A stretch of DNA of 64,000 nucleotides, taken from contig NW_027266273.1 of NCBI RefSeq assembly GCF_022045235.1, positions 25,978,001-26,042,000 of the forward strand, read 5' to 3'. A program made the translations under genes and the position numbers. The DNA is from Haliotis cracherodii (taxonomy: Eukaryota). Below the pieces are notes generated by a model that was given only the letters and a program-made list of their open reading frames with translations, did no database searches and had not been told where the DNA came from. This document shows positions 26,501-37,967 of the stretch, in pieces (the stretch's first letter is position 1; every line of letters starts with the position of its first letter).

Positions 26501-28062
26501 TGGACAGGTAATATTGTTCTATGTAGGTAATAAGATAGTTGGTTGGACAGGTAATATTGTACTGTGTAGGTAATAACATAGTTGGATGGACAGGTAATAT
26601 TGTACTGTGTAGTGTGTAGTTAATAACAGAGTTGGTTGGACAGGTAATATTGTACTGTGTAGGTAATAACATAGTTGGATGGACAGGTAATATTGTTCTG
26701 TGTAGGTAATAAGATAGTTGGTTGGACAGGTAATATTGTACTGTGTAGTGTGAAGTCAATAACATATTTGTTAATATTCTAATGTGTAGGTAATAACATA
26801 GTTGGTTTGACCGGTGATATTGTACTGTGTAGGTAATAACATAGTTGGATGGACAGGTTATATTGTAGTGTGTAGTGTGTAGTTAATAACAGAGTTGGTT
26901 GGACAGGTAATATTGCACTGTGTAGGTAATAAGATAGTTGGTTGGACAGGTGATATTGTACTGTGTAGGTAAATACCATAGTTGGATGGACAGGTTATAT
27001 TGTATTGTGTAGTGTGTAGTTAATAACAGATTTTGTTGGACAGGTAATATTGTACTGTGTAGGTAATAAGATAGTTGGATGGACAGGTAATATTGTACTG
27101 TGTAGGTAATAAGATAGTTGGTTGGACAGGTAATATTGTACTGTGTAGTGTGTAGTCAATAACATATTTGCTCGGTTACAATTTGTTCGTCTGTTTGATG
27201 AAGATTATTTTAAACATGCATTTCTTGAAATTATAATAACATAGATTATTTAAAACAAATGCATGAGTGAATGAGCATGGTTTCACTGTTACACAGTGTG
27301 CCGCTTTCATCACGGGGCATGCGTGTGTTTAATTCCCAGTCCTATTTTATGACAAGCCTTGTCGCTTAACTGGAATGGCATTAACGTGTACATACATATC
27401 TCAAGCAACTTTCGATGAACTGTGTTTACAACAGTAACTGATTCATGTAAAAATGGATTTGGTATCAAGTTGTGCATGTCATTATAATGTGTACATTATA
27501 TAGTTTACACAAAATAACACCCTACTTGCATGCCTTAAACGGTGTCATGTATTCCTGCAGGATACAGAAGATGACCCGGAGGATCATCCAGCAGGAGTTG
27601 ACTCTAGACCATATGCGCATGCGTCGTAGGAGCAGACGACTCACATCAGAAACACATGTTATCATTGGAAGACAAAACAGTGCCTCAAAGGACAACGCAA
27701 ATGACTCGTACATGTCTGGAAATGCCCAAAACGTGGAAAACTGGAACATTCCTAAACCCCCAAAACAACAACGGTTGAATGGTACGTATTGTGAACCTTG
27801 GTCATCCAGCAGTGACATTATTCAGGCCATGAACGCAGCCTACACCGACCGACAGGGTCGGGGAGACGAACGACCAGAGAACAGGGCAGACGAGGACCCG
27901 GCCGAGGTGGCTGCTGGGTGCGACAGGCAGGAACCGCCAGGGGGAGATAACCCGTGTCCGAATGGACGGGACGATCACGTGATGGACATGGAGGAGAGAT
28001 CGTTGATACGTGTGGACGGCGAAGGGGAGTGTAACAAGGAGGATGAGTCACGGGATATGTGA
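20587..28062 (+). CDS. Gene C: type I membrane protein with two Ig domains (lachesin/DIP/Dpr-like), paralog of gene B, ~479 aa
   Basis: Nine exons: 20587-20662 signal peptide (MMLMVYLHLSLVFATVLPQSAESGK); 21853-21947 (or -21953; ..RVNLTCLF); 22232-22448 (VTWRK..SLIIDAATVTDAGFYAC); 22887-22990 (..GDDVELPCMV); 24122-24323 (VLWLD..NWTLKITNVNKNDFGTLTCLVNTSP); 24876-24956 and 25349-25426 (stalk); 25706-25790 (TM LILGTSIGVCGFVLFVGLASGCFLV); 27561-28062 (tail). Phases are consistent and total 1440 nt; AATAAA at 28918-28923. Confidence 0.9.
23494..23660 (+). mobile_element. SINE family 1 copy
   Basis: A/B boxes, ACTC tail. Confidence 0.88.
24053..24101. repeat. 12-bp tandem repeat (TGACACTTTCTG)x4
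   Basis: Directly visible, just upstream of the 24122 acceptor. Confidence 0.9.
25781..27170. repeat. 43/50-bp minisatellite (~28-30 units, 222-bp higher-order period) containing the TM-exon splice donor
   Basis: Unit GGTTGGACAGGTAATATTGTACTGTGTAGGTAATAACATAGTT; equivalent positions at 26144, 26366 and 26588. Confidence 0.95.
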
Positions 28063-28229
28063 CAATATATTGGTGGCATGAAAAATACAGCAAGAAATAT
28101 TTACCTTGCATACAAAACATGCTTTTAAAGATACACCACAGGATCGCGTCCTGAAATAAGCAGGACGAATAATACATGGCCTATACGACTCTGACACGGC
28201 ACCCGTCATGCAGCTGAAAAGATGTTTCT

Positions 28230-28468
28230 GTGTTGCATAACGCCGAACGTAGTGATATCCCAATTAAATGACGGCGGTCTGTAAAATATCGAGTCTGGAC
28301 CAGGCAATCTAGGGATTGACAGAAAAGGCATCGATCTGCGTAATTGGGATGCGATGACATGCATCATACAAGTCAGTGAGTCTGACCACCCGATCCAGTT
28401 AGTCGCCTCTAACGACAAGCATAGTCGCCTTTTACGACAAGCGTGGTTTGCTGAAGACCAGTTCTCAC
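28230..28468 (-). mobile_element. SINE-like family 3 copy in the 3' UTR region of gene C
   Basis: Duplicated AGTCGCCT..ACGACAAGC core. Confidence 0.82.
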
Positions 28469-29539
28469 TCAGAGCTTCAGTTGGGGAGACAAGCATAGGA
28501 TGCTGAATCCAGGAAATCTGTTGAAGGTCCATACATTGTTGACTTCTGTACTGACGGGTATCAATACCGCAATTTCACTGACGATGTCACCGGACACACA
28601 TAATGCCTTAGACGTGTACATATACAGTCTCCGGTGTCGACTATATGCCGAAACCACACCCAGGATGGAATTGCTCATTGTATTCTGTGCCACATTGTTA
28701 GTCTCCGTGACCATTCCAATATGTAACATATGCGTGTTCTGGTTTATCGTGTAAATATGTATTTTGAGATGTTGATATTTGTTTTTGTACTTATTTATTG
28801 ACAATATATTTAGCTGCCAGCGCCCACCGTGTCTCTGTTTTAACCGATCTAAACAGCACTCAGAATTAAACTTGAATTTGCAAGTTAAAATTACGTTTTG
28901 AATGTTAATCGCAACAGAATAAATACATTATTAATATAATTTATTCAATCAAAACCTGAAATAGGATTTAGTGATAAGTCGGTGGCTTTAACATGAAGGG
29001 CAAAGCCGCTTTCGATGTTTATGTGCGGTGGTTTGTTCGATGGACCCGAACACTTTTGGCTATGTGAAGCATCACATTTTCTTGTGTATATTTTGTAGAA
29101 TTTCGCACATATGTAGAACGTGAATCGACAGTCGTATGTACGAAAGTCCAATGTCTGGATGCACCCAGTGAGTCAGGATTTTATGCACAACGTGTATCTG
29201 TGTGACTAGCTGACCGTTTCCTTTCGTCATTGCTTCCATTGTCTGAGTGTAGTGACACACACCTTCGACTTTAGATATGCACATCGATATGATCGTACAT
29301 GGTACCCTATTACGTGGGTGTCACGTTTCACGTTAAGTGACTATCAAACGTAAACAAATATAAATGTATACCCCTTCACCATACAAAGTGTTGCATGTGA
29401 TGTAATATGACATGTACGTTTCTAAAAAGATGACGATTTTTGATGAATATGATGCAAAATATACACATTTTCACATAAAATCGGTTAAAAACGAAGTTTG
29501 TGACACAGCGTACATTCTCACGGCAATTGTTGTAATAAA

Positions 29540-29701
29540 GTGAGTGAGTTGGGTTTTATGCCGCTTTTAGCAATATTCCAGCAATATCACGGCGGGGGAC
29601 ACCAGAAATGGGTTTCACACATTGCACCCATGTAGGGAATCGAACCCGGGTCTTCGGCGTGACGAGCGAACGCTTTAACCTCTAGGCTACCCGACCGCCC
29701 C
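29540..29701 (-). mobile_element. SINE family 1 copy
   Basis: Near-consensus reverse copy. Confidence 0.9.
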
Positions 29702-30145
29702 TTGTTGTAATAGACATTATGTTGGTTAGTGTGTGAAGTGATATGTGTCACAGTTAACAAAAACCCGTCGTTGCTAGCAGTTATGTTTTATCCCTTATAT
29801 GACAGGTATCAATGTGTGTCATTTCTAAAAGATGAGAGTCCTTCAAGCATATCAGACACGTTATCATTTTACTGATTTTCACAAATGCAACAGTTTCATG
29901 TTTGCAACAATGATCTACAAACAAACAGACTTTGTATATTGTTTATTCAAGAGGTGTTTTTGTAATGTCCATTAATATATTCTATTTGAATACGAAACTA
30001 GAATGTTTTCGTTTTGTTGTGCGTTCCTTCTCAGAGGGAGGTAACTCTGTTTAACTCTCTCTTCGTTTTGTTGCGCGATCCTGTTCCGAGAGTGGTAACT
30101 AAATGTGTATGACTATTAGTGTGAGCAAGTCATTGTAACTAAACA

Positions 30146-31311
30146 TTACACTGTTACAGAGTTGCAGCCATATTCGTTGTAAGTTACATTTTCTTCATGA
30201 GATGTATCCGACATATTGTCTGTGTCCATCCGATTGTACCCTCCACCTGCCAGGCATCCAGTGCACATCCCAGGGGTCAAGGGGTAAGTCCTCAGTGCAC
30301 CCCCAGATTTGACCCGACTGGTTTGGGTTGTTTCAATATCGTTATGTCTGCTGTCTGGTTGCAGGAACCTCGACAGTTCAATCCGCAGTGTGGCTTGTAT
30401 GAGCCGGTGAAATCTGAAGGAAAATCACACACGTTACTCAAAGATTTGGTGAAAATAAATGTGTAATGACAAAGGGAAATATATGCATGAGTTACAGGTA
30501 AAGGCCTATATGTGAGCAATGAGAAATTCGTTTTCCAGAATGGCGTAACTTAGGCGTGCCAGAAACATATGATCGTGGTTAGAACCCAGTTACCCTGATT
30601 ATGTTTCTAGGTTTCGTAGCACTTTATCTGGTTTGATAGGTTTCACCAAAGTGGTAAACGTTTAAGTTTTGCATCACATCGACACCTAACAACTGAGCAG
30701 CTGCTTTGTGGTATAGTAAGATATGTATTACGGAACAATATTAACAACGTTTAGAAGCAATGACATGAGTTAGACACATATAGTATGTCATATAGGATAC
30801 ACTTTGAGGATAGTCTAGTGTGTACTTGAGGGTGAGTATTACTAGTATTACAACCATACATCTGGGAACGGAAATGAACGTTTACTGAAACTACTCTTGT
30901 GATTCGGCCATGTCAGTACAAGGAAGAGGATCGTATCTAGGTCGGTGCGTCACAGCACGACAAGGAAGTTAGGGCAGTTTCACTGATTTCAGATGTCTGA
31001 TTATTGTCATTACTGCATTGATTTTTATTAAGTATAATGTCATCGTTAGTCTTGTGGACAAATGATTAACACAAAGTCATATATTTTCAAATGGTCAGAC
31101 AAACACAGGCATTGTATTTCACAATTGATTTATGTGTTACGTATTGCATTTATTTGATTGATCACGAACACTGCTGGTGAAGAATGTGGGAAAGTAACGA
31201 CCAAATTACCATGAGTTTCCTACCTTCTTAAAAGTAGAAACACGATGAGAGGCACACCCACCAGCACTACTGCAGATGTAGCCCTGTGTGTTAGGGCCAT
31301 CACATACTCCA
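30146..31311 (-). CDS. Cassette F: TM-like exon plus cytoplasmic-tail exon (no ectodomain of its own found)
   Basis: 31311-31224 (phase 1 to 2; EYVMALTHRATSAVVLVGVPLIVFLLLRR, AG|GTAGG) splices in frame to 30413-30146 (RFHRLIQ...GGGYNRM...NVTYNEYGCNSVTV*, 89 codons including the stop). AATAAA on the minus strand at 29942-29947. Confidence 0.55.
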
Positions 31312-31544
31312 CTAGGATCAACACAGACAGCCAATGTGGAGTCAAGCATATAAAGGCTATGATATTAAGTGTATAAAATATTTCCTGTTTTGACACAAGC
31401 TTATGATGATACATGAAGCCATTTGCTTGACTTGATTAACATGTTTGTACTCAATTACCTGTCACGTTAATGTTACCGATACGAAATTGAAACAGTATTC
31501 AACACGAAATTATATATGACTCATAAACCCCTTCATAACTTAAC

Positions 31545-31712
31545 GGGGCGGTCGGGTAGCCCAGTGGTTAAAGCGTTCGCTCGTCACGCCGAAGACCCGG
31601 GTTCGAATTCCGACATGGGTACAATGTGTGAAGCCCATTTCTGGTGTCCCCCGCCGTGATATTGCTGGAATATTGCTAAAAGCGGCGTAAGACCATACTC
31701 ACTCACCCACTC
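31545..31712 (+). mobile_element. SINE family 1 copy
   Basis: A/B boxes, ACTC tail. Confidence 0.9.
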
Positions 31713-32209
31713 ATTCATAACTTAACAAAGACGACACTAGATGCTGGTGCACGTCGCTGTCTACTTTTGAACCTACCCCAGGGCTCAAATTAACACCAAC
31801 AACGGACGATGTGTAAAATATATAACGTCTACCCTGGAGAAAATTTGATTATCTGCCGACGCCGCTGCGTTCACAAGGCACAATAGTGAATGGAATACAA
31901 GATGTGTTAGAGAGACATGTACGTGACTTTGAATGATGCATTTTGCTTCAAAACGTGTTTGCCATATTTTTCTCAACACATCTGTTGTCAGTTGATGCAT
32001 GTCTATTATGACCTAGTAGTGCAACAGCACACCGGTGCATGATGGGAATATATTGAATAAAATAATTAATAAACAAGCTTTATTCAGGAAAACTCAAATG
32101 AGCAATATGTATATATACACGGCATTCGTTGCTGCTTATCTAAAGCTGGGACATCAGCATTGATGCATTAACGAATTCCGTCTCTGATCCCTTTGATTCT
32201 GTTAAAGTC

Positions 32210-33998
32210 TCATAAAATCAGTGAATTCAAAGGGTCTGTGACGTTACACGAGTAGCGCCCATTGTCTCTCAAGCAAGAGTTTTGAGGACTCCTAAGTACG
32301 ACAATGTCAGTGTCGTACCATGTGCTGCATTGATGGCCAGCATCTGTCATCGGTGCAGAACCGTGCCCATTGTTAGGCTCTATGTCTACTGTCACATAGT
32401 GTTTGCTCAGACTGACTCCACGTCCAGGGTGGAAGGGCTTGGCGTATCCCCCGCTTCCACAGGATTTTCTAGCAGGTTTTGCAGAGCCGTCACGCTGTGC
32501 ATGTAGATGTGTCATATGATATGGTGAACATTGACCCGCTGCTCTGGGGACATCTGTCATGGATTCGATGTATGGAGATGGTCGTTTTCCGCTTGGGTTT
32601 CTTAAACGACAAGGAAACATATTTGAATTACTTCGTCCTTGACGTGTTGTCACTAAGGACAAATGCCAAATGAAATGCATACAAAACAGCGAATAATATA
32701 ATTAACATTTGCAATATTATGTAAAGATTTTATCAATGAATAACATTCTATGTTTAAAGTTAGGCGTGCAAACTTTCAATATATACAAATTAATTATGGG
32801 TAGGATGTGCAATTTAATTTCCTTCCATTATATCAAGACGTGCCAAAAGGGTAATCGTCAGGGCCTCATTTCACAAAGTGATCATAGTGCTAAGACCATC
32901 GTCGGTCCCATACTTTAACAGTGAATTACGACAATCGTAGAGCAAAGGTCGCTTTGTGGAACGGGGTTCAGGAGCGTCAGTGTTAGATGACCTAGACCAA
33001 CTCGCATGCAATCCTGTCGAAAATAGAGATACGAAAAAACACCAGGTACTATGCGTGCAAATAGTACAACGTCACAGAGGTATTAATACTACGAAATGAG
33101 AGGCAGCCTATTACTGAACGTATACCTGCAGATGAGGCATGTGTTGACAGTAGCGAGCAGGAGTAGACACAGGAGAAGGGCGATAACTCCCGCCAGTGCT
33201 AAATACGATGCTGCAAACAAAGATCAATATGCAGTTAAGTATGATCATGTGTGAAAGATGTTATGCATAAACTACATTATTGAGAGTAGTTCGTGTTTCT
33301 TTCATAATAAACATAATCCAGAACATGTGTTTAGGCAATGTGTGATCAATCTTTTCTCTCTTGTAACACTAAAGTGTTGCACTTACTTATTCTGAGAAGG
33401 TATCGAAGGAAAAGCCGTATGTACATATGAGTACAAAACCATACAGGTGCATATGTGATCAAATATTTACTTTAAATTTCAAGAAGAGTTTCCACTCTAT
33501 TCTGTCACTAACCAGTGTCAAACACTAAACGTTCTAATCCCCCTTATTCTAAAAGTGAATTATTGCTATCAAAAATACCGCTACGTTCAATACATTTACT
33601 TCGTGCCTATGATCAAGTATCCAGAAATATCATCCATAAATTGCGTCTACTTTGTATTTGGGGTCCGGCCAGTTCGCATCCAGTTCTGAGACGGAAATCA
33701 TAACGCCATGTCTTCCCAAAGTATTCCCTCCTGCGCAGTACTCCATATATTCATACAGACACCCTGTCCTGCTGTATGTCGTGCAGCTACACCTGAACCT
33801 AAGACGGTTGTTGTGGTGTACTTCTAGTGTTGTATCTGTGCAAAGTTGTTACATCTTAAACTAATTCAAGCTTAAGATAAATTCAGTGCACTTTTACATT
33901 CAATATATGCATATGGTATTTGTCTCACCTGTTCGTACAAGTTCCACGTGGAGCGCGCTCTGCGTGAACAAGCGCGCGAATGACCATGTGCTGTTCAT
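32210..33998 (-). CDS. Gene E: single-pass membrane protein with a tyrosine-containing tail (ectodomain unresolved)
   Basis: Well supported: TM exon 33210-33126 (SYLALAGVIALLLCLLLLATVNTCLICR, phase 1 to 2), tail exon 32600-32210 (RNPSGKRPSPYIES..GGYAKP..KHYVTV..WYDTD..), AATAAA on the minus strand at 32079-32084. Tentative: phase-1 exon 33998-33929 (MNSTWSFARLF..RT) and a Cys-rich exon from 33835 with an in-frame TGA at 33632-33630. Confidence 0.6.
32861..32968. mobile_element. Short MITE-like palindrome
   Basis: GGGCCTCATTTCACAAAG...CTTTGTGGAACGGGGTTC imperfect inverted ends. Confidence 0.45.
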
Positions 33999-34856
33999 CA
34001 CTGAACTCGCTATCAAGATAAACCGGTGGATACTGTCAAAACAAATATGTCAAACTGAAATTAAATAAGGAGTGAATAATGTTGGAAATATTTCCTTGTT
34101 AGTGCACTGATCGGTGATCACGTGAATGCCGCGTGCCTTACCTTCACACTCCATCGCCTACAATGTCACGTGATGTCAGACTGTTTGCATAGCAACTTTA
34201 TGATGATATGCATTTGATTAAATGGAAAATGTTTTGAGTACGTTTCGCATATTTTAAGTGGTTAACTTAGTGTGTGGCGCTGTATACTCACCTTCGTCTC
34301 TAGCATATTGACACTATCATGTGTTTCGACTTCCTGGTGTGTGCAGTGCGACATATCACGGTAACACGAGGCGTGCGAGAACAGTATAAAAAATATAGCA
34401 ATTTGAAAATGAGAGCCTAGATACTGTCGATAACATCACGAGGTGGAAATTGATTCAGCCATGGCAAATAGTGCATTACATGAATCAGTTGTCCGTATGG
34501 ATCTGCCATGTAAGAGTTTCCTCTCTTATTCGTGCAAGGATCCGCTAATCCTGGGTTTGAATTCTCAATTCGACGTGCCATCGCCTTATTCTAGCTGAAC
34601 CAAGAGTCGTAAACGTCTACGATATGCATCGCACATCCTCAAACATTACACTCCTATAATAGGACTAAAATACTGTTGAAAGAGGCTGTAACACTTCTCA
34701 CTTACTCAACAGAGCCTCACCAAGCATCGTGATATCTGTTTGGCATCCGGCCACAAGGAGATTATATTCAGGACGGAGGTGCTATCTCAGATGACTGAAC
34801 TACCGTTACACGACACCGTTCGCCGATCGGTGATACTGACGTAGACTAACACAAAT

Positions 34857-35330
34857 ATAACAGACAGACAGACAGACAGACAGACAATACTTTATTAACG
34901 TCTCACTCCTGTACATACATAAAACAGCTTTATACAACTTGACATAGATAAAATGTACAGAACCATTCAATAGAATTATGAGGGACGAATTATCACAGAA
35001 TTTATACATAAATGATATAAAGATGATATAGTAAAAAGTTATCCATATAAAAGATGTTTTCTACGATTAAGAACTAAAAAGCAGACTTTGGCAAGTATAA
35101 AACACACACTGGAATCACTGAAAATAAAACAAAGTTTGTCGATATCAGGCATATCTAAAACGTTATAAGATTTAGCAATACATTCATTAAAAAGAGTTGC
35201 CCTGATATCATCATATAATACACAGTGAAACAAAACATGGACCTCGTCTTCTACGCTGTTATTAGAGTGAAAAAAATCTAAACTTGGCTAGTGCCGATCT
35301 ACAACAATAATATTTGCTTTTAAATGTTTT
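34857..35330 (-). mobile_element. Non-LTR retrotransposon (LINE) 3' fragment
   Basis: Minus-strand peptides RSALAKFR and EDEVHVLFHCVLYDDIR are typical of the LINE ORF2 C-terminus; followed by AATAAA and a (CTGT)n tail at ~34860-34895. Confidence 0.7.
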
Positions 35331-37144
35331 ATGACACCGCACAATACGCCAAACTGCAGGACGGCGATTGGTACACATAGTCGCACGTGGACCTGACAAT
35401 ACAGTGATTGATACTGTCAACAGCAATCCACGCCGTCGGGGTACGCTGACACGATACAAAGAATAATCAAGCAAATGTTAACATATTAATCACAAAATGA
35501 CATCTGCTATTAGCCAATAATAAAGCTTTATTGATGACTTGTACAGGGGGATATATTGTTCTTGCCTGAAACCCACAAAACCATATCATTGTCATCACTG
35601 TGCCATAATGATAGTGAAGTGTCTGTAGATATACGTATATCCTAAAGGAATAGCTAAGGCATAGTTAATCGGATTAATTGACCATTTACTTGAACACAAA
35701 GCATTGAAAACCAACTTTAATATGTACAGAACCTATACAAGAACTGGTACATATCATGATTTAACCTTTAACCATTAACAACAAAAGTTCCTGTGACACC
35801 AATATGTATGGTATGTTAATACATTTCTGACTATTTAGATATGGTGCCTCTTGTTCAGTGGCAATTTGGCAAGGTTTAAACAGGATTCAAGTAAAACACT
35901 GTGAAATATTAATACTTATTGTACGTTGGGTCAGCTAACCATCTATCTGTAAGGGTCACTTGTTATTTGCAGGAAGTAGGTTATTAGTTCCAATCATGTC
36001 GAGATTGTCCGATGAGTTTGATGTCTGACATTCAGGTTATAATGCTAGCTTTCATAGAGACTATTTGTCAGTCTTTATACAATTTGACCGTGATATCTAT
36101 TATGCAGAAAGTTTCAAAACAATGCAATGATGTGTGTCACTGGTACACGTGTGATTCATATGGAAATATTTCACACGCTTATCGTAACGTTTTTTCCTAA
36201 ATTGATTTGTATTATTTTTCACATGACTTGACCCGATAAGGGAAAACGCGGAAACTTTGTGTGGACTGTTGCAGCTTTTATTATCACTTAGTCAATCACT
36301 TGAATACATATGTCCGAAAATTAAAAACAATCTTTGCATATTGTTGATCATTGATATTTTGTGTAGTCCAGTGGCATTTTGAAAACGCACACAAGGACCA
36401 TAAATGATGTATGTAATTAATAATGTTGCTAGCTATACAAAACATTAAATATGTACCCGTTTGATATACATGTACGTACATGTTGATATTGGATATCACA
36501 TTTTGATATCCTTCCTTTCCCACTTACACATTTAACTCACACTTCGTATGTTGTGTTGATTGTACGTACATATAAATTACTAACCGAAAGAGAATAAATA
36601 ACCAGCCCAGAGTTTCTGGCGAAACGGTTTCCACTTGGTGTATAGGGCAAATATCTGTGGAAATTATATCAATGGGCCACTGAAAATCAGTGATAACAAA
36701 AGATGTTCGCGGAAAGGGTATATTCTCCTTTGCTTCCTTGTGTATCAGTGCTCAGATTGTGTTACCAGTTTCCTTGAGCTGCACGTGCATGCATGCGATA
36801 AAGCTGCATTATTTAGCGTGATTCTATCACCGGTCAAATATTGTGTACTTATTGACAGTGCACGCTGTGAGCAACAAGTAGAAATGGAACTTAAATTGGA
36901 CAAAATGCAAACAAATTATGTGCACATAAATATATAGCTATAGATATATTAATATAGATTGATGGATGGATGGGTGATTACATGATGGATACAAGAATGG
37001 GTGATGGATGGATGATGAACTCCTCGAGGAGGGAAAGTACTTCGAATAAAAAAAAAGTATTTTGACATCATAATTACTTTGCTTTGTCTATATATTAGGT
37101 GCACATCAAGGGCCTATGGACATTGCTTATGTAACTTTAGCTGT

Positions 37145-37382
37145 GTGTGTTTGTTGTTTGTTGCTCAAGAATATGTCTACTATATGACGGCGGTCTGTAA
37201 ATAACCGAGTATGGACAAGACAATCCAGTGACTGACATCATGAGCGTCGATCCACGTAATTGGGATACGATGACGTGCATCAACCAAGTCAGCGAGCCTG
37301 ACCACCCAATCCCGTTAGTCGCCCCTTACGACAAGCATGGTCGCCTTTTACGGCAAGCATTGGTTGCTGAAGACCTACGGGT
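37145..37382 (-). mobile_element. SINE-like family 3 copy
   Basis: Duplicated hairpin core. Confidence 0.82.
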
Positions 37383-37967
37383 CTGTATGTGTTTGTGGAT
37401 ATATCGCGCTATCAGCACTGGTTCGCACACCAAAACTGATTATCAGTACATTTTCAAGAGTAACAAAAACTCTTACTATTTTTGAGGGAAGGATGTATGA
37501 ATATATCAGAAACATTTATGTTGCATTTGTCTTGTGATCCTGTGAACTGACATCTACAGGACACAACGAAGTCATAGATAACCTATTAAAACCTATTTTG
37601 CATGTCATATATGAAAGTATATTGTAATCCTATGTAAATCAGATCATGTTCCTTGAAAAAAAACAATCAGAAATTATTTCCTACTTCCTAGCTCGATTCT
37701 GTTTTAATAGAAATAAACATAATCGTTTACATCTGTCATGCTATTGAAAGGAAATTTTATTTTCAGTCGAAAATACATGAGACACACGTACTGCTAAACT
37801 GACGGGATATGGCCAAAGTGTTACAGGTATAGCTAATACGTTGGCAGTATCGCAGTCATTGCGCTACCAATAAATACAATAAACAATGATCAACTGAACA
37901 AAGAAGCACTCATAGTGACACCACTAACATGCATTTTTATATCCTTCGTTACTACATATGAGTATAT

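Noticed and set aside
25781-27170. CRISPR-like regular repeat array, and ORFs 25662-26979
   Set aside because: No unique spacers, eukaryotic intron, no cas genes; it is a minisatellite.
28500-28754. 84-aa hydrophobic ORF downstream of gene C
   Set aside because: Lies before the AATAAA at 28918, probably 3' UTR; no splice or homology support.
33630-33632. In-frame TGA as selenocysteine
   Set aside because: No SECIS recognised and no redox motif context; a nonsense codon or true stop is simpler.
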